Part shown: piece after piece, positions 59,845 through 64,000 of the stretch
Numbering within the stretch: the stretch's first letter is position 1
Layout of the letters: every line of letters begins with the position of its first letter
NCBI GenBank assembly: GCA_965216785.1
Contig: OZ244197.1
Coordinates: 25,120 to 89,119, forward strand
From: Thermodesulfobacteriota bacterium
GTDB taxonomy: Bacteria > Desulfobacterota_D > UBA1144 > Nemesobacterales > UBA2774
Reading direction: 5' to 3'
Length of the DNA stretch: 64,000 nt
Program-made: the position numbers and the translations under genes
The notes under the pieces: model-generated
The model's database searches: none
Seen by the model: the letters and a program-made list of their open reading frames with translations, nothing else
What the model was told of the DNA's origin: nothing

Positions 59845-62505
59845 ATGCAGCGTTCCGCGGTAGAAAAAAATAAGATCATCGGCTCAAGCGCAAAGCTTTC
59901 TGAGGTCGTGGACTTAATTTTGAAAATCGCCGATACACCGACCAACATACTTATCACTGGTGAAAGCGGCACAGGAAAGGAGCTTGCCGCAAGTCTACTG
60001 CATGAAAAGAGCAGCCGCTCAGATAAACCTTTTATGGACATCAATTGTGCGGCTATACCCGAGACGCTTCTGGAGAGTGAGCTCTTCGGTATTGAAAAAG
60101 GGGTCGCGACGGGGGTTGAGAGAAGAGAGGGTAAAATCGAGCTATCCGCAGGGGGGAGCCTTTTCCTTGACGAAATAGGCGACATGAGCCTCGGCGCTCA
60201 GGCAAAGCTGCTCAGGGTCCTTCAGGAAAGGAGCCTTAAAAGAGTAGGCGGCAAAAGCGACATCGCCGTTGACCTGAGGATAATCGCAGCCACGAACAAA
60301 GACCTTCTTTCGGAGATAAAAAAGGGGAAATTCAGAGAGGATCTTTATTACAGGATCAACGAAGTACATATTAAGATGCCTTCCCTGAGGGAAATACGTG
60401 AGGATATACCCAGTTTGTCCGAGCATTTTCTTCATTCACTCTGTCATGAGCTCAATATGAATACACTCCGGTTTAGTGATTCAGTCCTGGACCGACTATC
60501 GAGCTACAGCTGGCCCGGAAACATCAGAGAGCTTAAAAACGAGGTTAAAAGGGCAGCGCTCCTGGCCGATGGCCATATAATAGAAGAAAGAGATTTATCT
60601 CCAGATATTTTGAATTTCTTTAAAAACAAGGATGCCAGTCAAGGTCTTGTAAGTGAAGCAACTTCGCTACCTCGAGCAGTAGAAGAGCTCGAAATCCAGA
60701 TGATAAAGCAAGCCCTAAAATCATGTCAGGGAAACAGGGTAAAGGCCTCTCAGATGCTTGGAATATCAAGGCAGGGACTAATAAAAAAGATAAGCAGATA
60801 CAGGATAGATCAGGGTAGCTCTCAGAAAAAGAAAATTTCAGACCGATTGCTCAAGTCAAGCAAAAGATCGTTTGTCGGAAGAGCAAATGAGATTAAAGAA
60901 ATAAAGGATCTAATCAAGTCCAAGAAGTCTACTTACTATGTCTTATTTATTCACGGCATAGGAGGGATTGGGAAGACAAGTATGGTTAAGGAACTTTTAA
61001 ATTCCTTGGACGCTAAGGTTAGTACAATTTACCTTGATTGTAGAGACATAGAGCCGACGGAGAACGGTTTTCTAACATCGCTGGGTAATGAACTTAATCT
61101 CAAGAGCACCAGAATTACAGTAGAGCGTGTTTTAAAGAGTTTGGAGAAGAGAAAGGAAAGAACACTACTGGTACTCGACACCTATGAGACTTTCGGACTT
61201 ATGGATACCTGGCTCAGAAAGACTTTTATACCATCTCTACCTGAGAATTTTCTTACAATAATCATCGGAAGACACCCGCCAAATAATTCATGGTTTACAA
61301 GCTCAGGCCTTGGGACTCTTATTAAGAGTATTGAGCTTGAGGAGCTTTCTTATGAGGACGCGATCAACTTCTTAATACTCCGTGGGCTTACGTCAGAAGA
61401 AGCAGAAAAGACCTATTCATTCGCCCGGGGGCACCCGATGGCTCTTGAGCTAGCAGCAAATTCGGTATCATCAAAACCCACTCGAGACATTTCATACAAA
61501 TCATTCCCTAACATTATTCATCAGCTGACGCAGGATTTCCTGCTGGGTCTAGATAAGAAGACCAGAAAGACGCTCGAGAGCCTCTCTTTAGTGAGGCGCT
61601 ATGACGACACCCTACTGAAACACTTACTAAACGAAGACTACGAAGAAGGTATCTTTGACAATCTCTTAGAGCTCCCATTCGTCAGCCTAACAGGAGAAGG
61701 ATGCTTGATACACGATATAGTAAGGGAAACTATAGCTCGTGAGCTATCACTCCGTGATCCGAAGAGGTATAAGGATTCGAAAAAAGCCGCATGGGTATAT
61801 CTGAATGAACAATCGCTTGCGAAGCACGGTGAATCACTCTGGCAAGCTACTGCCGATTTGCTATACACTATAGAAAACCCGGTTGTAAGGGATGCTTTCT
61901 TTCCTAAAGGTGCAATGGGTTATGTCGTCGAGCCACTATCTCATGAGGATAAAGAGCATGTAATTGATATTGTGCGTGAGTCCGAATCGGGTGAACCTGC
62001 CGATATAATTGAGAACTGGCTCACATATTATCCGGGCAGTTTCAGTGTTGTTAAAGATATAACCGGTGAAGTTGAGGCGTTCTTTATTTTATGCGAGCCT
62101 AATGAGATCGATAGGAGCCCTTTATCTGAGGATAAAATACTCGACGTTTGGTTTAAGCACTTGGAATCTAATCCTCTAGATTCCACAGACAAAGCGCTAT
62201 TTCTAAGGAGGTGGCTCAGTAGAGGACATGGTGAAGGTCTTTGTCCTGCACAAGGAGCTTCATGGCTCGACGTTAAGAGAAACTACATGGAGCTTAGACC
62301 TAAATTAAAAAGGCTTTATACAACACTGACTGATTTAGAAAACTATAAGCCTGTCGTATTACCGTTAGGTTTTTCTCTTTTAGATAGTTCAGAGATTGAG
62401 CTCGAAGAAACAACTTACTATTCCGCCATTATTGATTTCGGACCGGACAGCGTCGACGGATGGCTCAGAAAACTTATCGGTCTTGAGCTTGGTATTGGTC
62501 AGTAA
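59845..62505 (+). CDS. Fusion: sigma-54 enhancer-binding AAA+ core + Fis-type HTH + NB-ARC/STAND NTPase + C-terminal domain of unknown function
   Basis: aa 10-245 are an EBP AAA+ core (GESGTGKE, ESELFGIEKG-GVATGV, GGSLFLDEIGDMS, SWPGNIRELKN). HTH at ~aa 285-315. P-loop FVGRANEIKEI...IHGIGGIGKTSM, Walker B LLVLDTYE and GHPMAL at aa 330-560. It has no N-terminal receiver, GAF or PAS domain. Confidence 0.8.
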   Translation: MQRSAVEKNKIIGSSAKLSEVVDLILKIADTPTNILITGESGTGKELAASLLHEKSSRSDKPFMDINCAAIPETLLESELFGIEKGVATGVERREGKIELSAGGSLFLDEIGDMSLGAQAKLLRVLQERSLKRVGGKSDIAVDLRIIAATNKDLLSEIKKGKFREDLYYRINEVHIKMPSLREIREDIPSLSEHFLHSLCHELNMNTLRFSDSVLDRLSSYSWPGNIRELKNEVKRAALLADGHIIEERDLSPDILNFFKNKDASQGLVSEATSLPRAVEELEIQMIKQALKSCQGNRVKASQMLGISRQGLIKKISRYRIDQGSSQKKKISDRLLKSSKRSFVGRANEIKEIKDLIKSKKSTYYVLFIHGIGGIGKTSMVKELLNSLDAKVSTIYLDCRDIEPTENGFLTSLGNELNLKSTRITVERVLKSLEKRKERTLLVLDTYETFGLMDTWLRKTFIPSLPENFLTIIIGRHPPNNSWFTSSGLGTLIKSIELEELSYEDAINFLILRGLTSEEAEKTYSFARGHPMALELAANSVSSKPTRDISYKSFPNIIHQLTQDFLLGLDKKTRKTLESLSLVRRYDDTLLKHLLNEDYEEGIFDNLLELPFVSLTGEGCLIHDIVRETIARELSLRDPKRYKDSKKAAWVYLNEQSLAKHGESLWQATADLLYTIENPVVRDAFFPKGAMGYVVEPLSHEDKEHVIDIVRESESGEPADIIENWLTYYPGSFSVVKDITGEVEAFFILCEPNEIDRSPLSEDKILDVWFKHLESNPLDSTDKALFLRRWLSRGHGEGLCPAQGASWLDVKRNYMELRPKLKRLYTTLTDLENYKPVVLPLGFSLLDSSEIELEETTYYSAIIDFGPDSVDGWLRKLIGLELGIGQ

Positions 62506-62536
62506 AATTAATCTAATTTATTATTGGATTAAGCAA

Positions 62537-62576
62537 TTAGGGTATAGCGTGTAATTCTCAGCACGCAATACCCTAA
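62537..62576. terminator. Bidirectional terminator (15-bp near-perfect hairpin between convergent genes)
   Basis: ttagggtatagcgtg-taattctcag-cacgcaataccctaa, with T-runs on both flanks. Confidence 0.5.
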
Positions 62577-62587
62577 TTGTTAAATTA

Positions 62588-62869
62588 CTACCTGTAATCT
62601 TCACCATATACCTCGGCTATCTGAAAGATACCATCAGATGGCGGCAGCTCTGGTACGGATGATGAGAGGGTCGCGTGAATGGAATTAACATCTTTACTGT
62701 CCCACTCACAAAAAACTCTCGACACTTTTCCGTCATCAGTCAACTGAAGCCAGCTCCTGACCCAGTAAGCATCAGTGCTGAGGTTGGCCTTGCACTTTTG
62801 TGCAATCGGCACAACGTCCTCGCCGTTTACTGGTGGGTTAACCGGGTGAATAGCTATATATCTAGGCAT
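62588..62869 (-). CDS. DUF4242 (SCO4226-like) protein, copy 2
   Basis: MPRYIAIHPVN...YWVRSW..DDGKVSRVFCEWDSKDVNSI...DGIFQIAEV. Paralogous to 59458-59733. Confidence 0.6.
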   Translation of the reverse strand: MPRYIAIHPVNPPVNGEDVVPIAQKCKANLSTDAYWVRSWLQLTDDGKVSRVFCEWDSKDVNSIHATLSSSVPELPPSDGIFQIAEVYGEDYR

Positions 62870-62911
62870 ATACTTATACCTCCTATTAGGATTTAATAAT
62901 TTAGATTTCGA

Positions 62912-63967
62912 TCAATACCGAGACATAATATTCTCATGAAAACTATTCATAGCTTTTATAGGATCAGGCACAGGGGCTATCATTATCTGATTTATACCCT
63001 GTGACTCCATCCTTTTAATCGTGTCGATGATCTCGCTGCTGGTTCCAACGAGAACTGATGCTTCTATCATCTCCGGCGTGAGCACATCGTTAAATTCCTC
63101 GTTCCAGAAAAAATAGTTACTGTAGTAGGCAAGGTGTCTTCTTTCGGGGTTGTCCAGGTCTGAAGGATACGCGTTTGTGAATTTCATGACCCCGTCCCTT
63201 AAGCTCTCAGGAAGCGGCTCGCCCGGAGTTGTACCTGTGTTTTTCCCGTGGTTTTCAAGTGACTTCGCGAGTATATTCAGACATACAGAGACCATAGGTC
63301 CCAGCTGATGTCTGACTGATTCAGTTTCAAGAGATTCGCCTTCATCCAGAATATAAAAAGCGCTAAGAACCATGGTATATATGTCCTCAGGGTTTCTTCC
63401 TGATTTCTTCGCGCCCTTTCTGATTCGCTCCATACAATAATCTATGTACTCCTCGTCTATCGCCCCAAGAAGCATTACACCGTCCGCAAGCTCTCCGGCA
63501 AGCTCAAGAGTCTTTGGTCCGCTTCCGGCCATAAATATTGGTATTTCGTCTTTGGTATTTATAAAGCCCATATCTGGACTCAGGAATTTAACAGGTCTCT
63601 TCCTCTCCTGAGATAAATACTTATCCGGGCCTTCACTGTATTCCGCCTCTTCACCCTTGAGCATTTTTCTATATATGCCAACGTCATTCCGAAGCTCATC
63701 AAGCTTAGCTATCGGCATACCCCAGGCCCGTCTCGCGGTGTTACCGGTACCGATCCCGAGAACACACCTGCCGGGCGCAAGCTCGTTTAGAGTAGCCATG
63801 GCTCTTGCGGTAACTGGAGTCATCCTGGCGCGCGGGCATGTGACGCCAGGGCCAAGCTTTATTTTTTTTGTATTGGTGGCGCAAAGGGTTAACGTTTCAA
63901 AAACATCGCTCCCTATGCTGTCATACGGCATAAAATGTGTGAACCCCTTATCTTCGCCATGGGCCAC
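62912..63967 (-). CDS. Luciferase-like monooxygenase (LLM-class flavin/F420-dependent oxidoreductase)
   Basis: TIM-barrel LLM family with an LGIGTGN loop. 351 aa. Confidence 0.75.
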   Translation of the reverse strand: MAHGEDKGFTHFMPYDSIGSDVFETLTLCATNTKKIKLGPGVTCPRARMTPVTARAMATLNELAPGRCVLGIGTGNTARRAWGMPIAKLDELRNDVGIYRKMLKGEEAEYSEGPDKYLSQERKRPVKFLSPDMGFINTKDEIPIFMAGSGPKTLELAGELADGVMLLGAIDEEYIDYCMERIRKGAKKSGRNPEDIYTMVLSAFYILDEGESLETESVRHQLGPMVSVCLNILAKSLENHGKNTGTTPGEPLPESLRDGVMKFTNAYPSDLDNPERRHLAYYSNYFFWNEEFNDVLTPEMIEASVLVGTSSEIIDTIKRMESQGINQIMIAPVPDPIKAMNSFHENIMSRY

Positions 63968-64000
63968 CCATTGCCATGAATGTATATGTGAGGGAAAATG

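Overview
Single bacterial chromosomal window, about 55 protein genes, densely packed, with no rRNA, no CRISPR array and no recognisable transposase or integrase ORF. Protein content (GldA/F/G-type ABC system, a 'Myxococcus cysteine-rich repeat' protein, several sigma-54 promoters, korAB-type 2-oxoacid:ferredoxin oxidoreductase next to sucAB) suggests a marine delta-proteobacterium-like (Myxococcota/SAR324-type) organism. That lineage guess is inference only.

Layout, left to right:
(1) 1-6.8 kb: housekeeping genes purD (5' partial), glmS, glmU, ssb and small enzymes.
(2) 6.8-17 kb: a glycan biosynthesis/export locus (GT2s, CmcI-like methyltransferase, Wzm/Wzt ABC exporter, two sulfotransferase domains). 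It includes a 1356-aa four-domain fusion protein: pyruvyl transferase, GT2, GT2, sulfotransferase. An 80-bp duplicated gene-end remnant marks a cassette insertion.
(3) 17-36 kb: mixed genes (hyuA-like, rpoZ, hisIE, ASST-like lipoprotein, tandem split FmdB-like zinc ribbons, era, tandem GT-C paralogs with a duplicated promoter segment, aspS, GldAFG-like ABC system).
(4) 36-48 kb: central metabolism (FrhB-like ferredoxin-flavoprotein translationally coupled to 2-oxoacid:ferredoxin oxidoreductase alpha/beta, then sucA-sucB), plus a GT2 and recG.
(5) 48-64 kb: a regulatory/accessory region, the most unusual part. It holds five sigma-54-type promoter motifs (one perfect TGGCAC-N5-TTGCA, three TGGCAT-N5-TTGCA/TTGCT variants including a divergent pair flanking a perfect palindrome, one weak). 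One of them precedes a sigma-70-family sigma factor gene. There is an orphan tRNA 3' fragment next to an AT-rich junction, a secreted collagen-like/Cys-rich repeat protein, and a Zn-ribbon/adenylate cyclase/STAND/TPR protein. There is also an unprecedented-looking fusion of a sigma-54 enhancer-binding AAA+ core (GAFTGA degenerate to GVATGV) with an NB-ARC/STAND NTPase. This fusion is flanked by inverted DUF4242 paralogs, a YdhR-like gene, an SDR and an LLM oxidoreductase.
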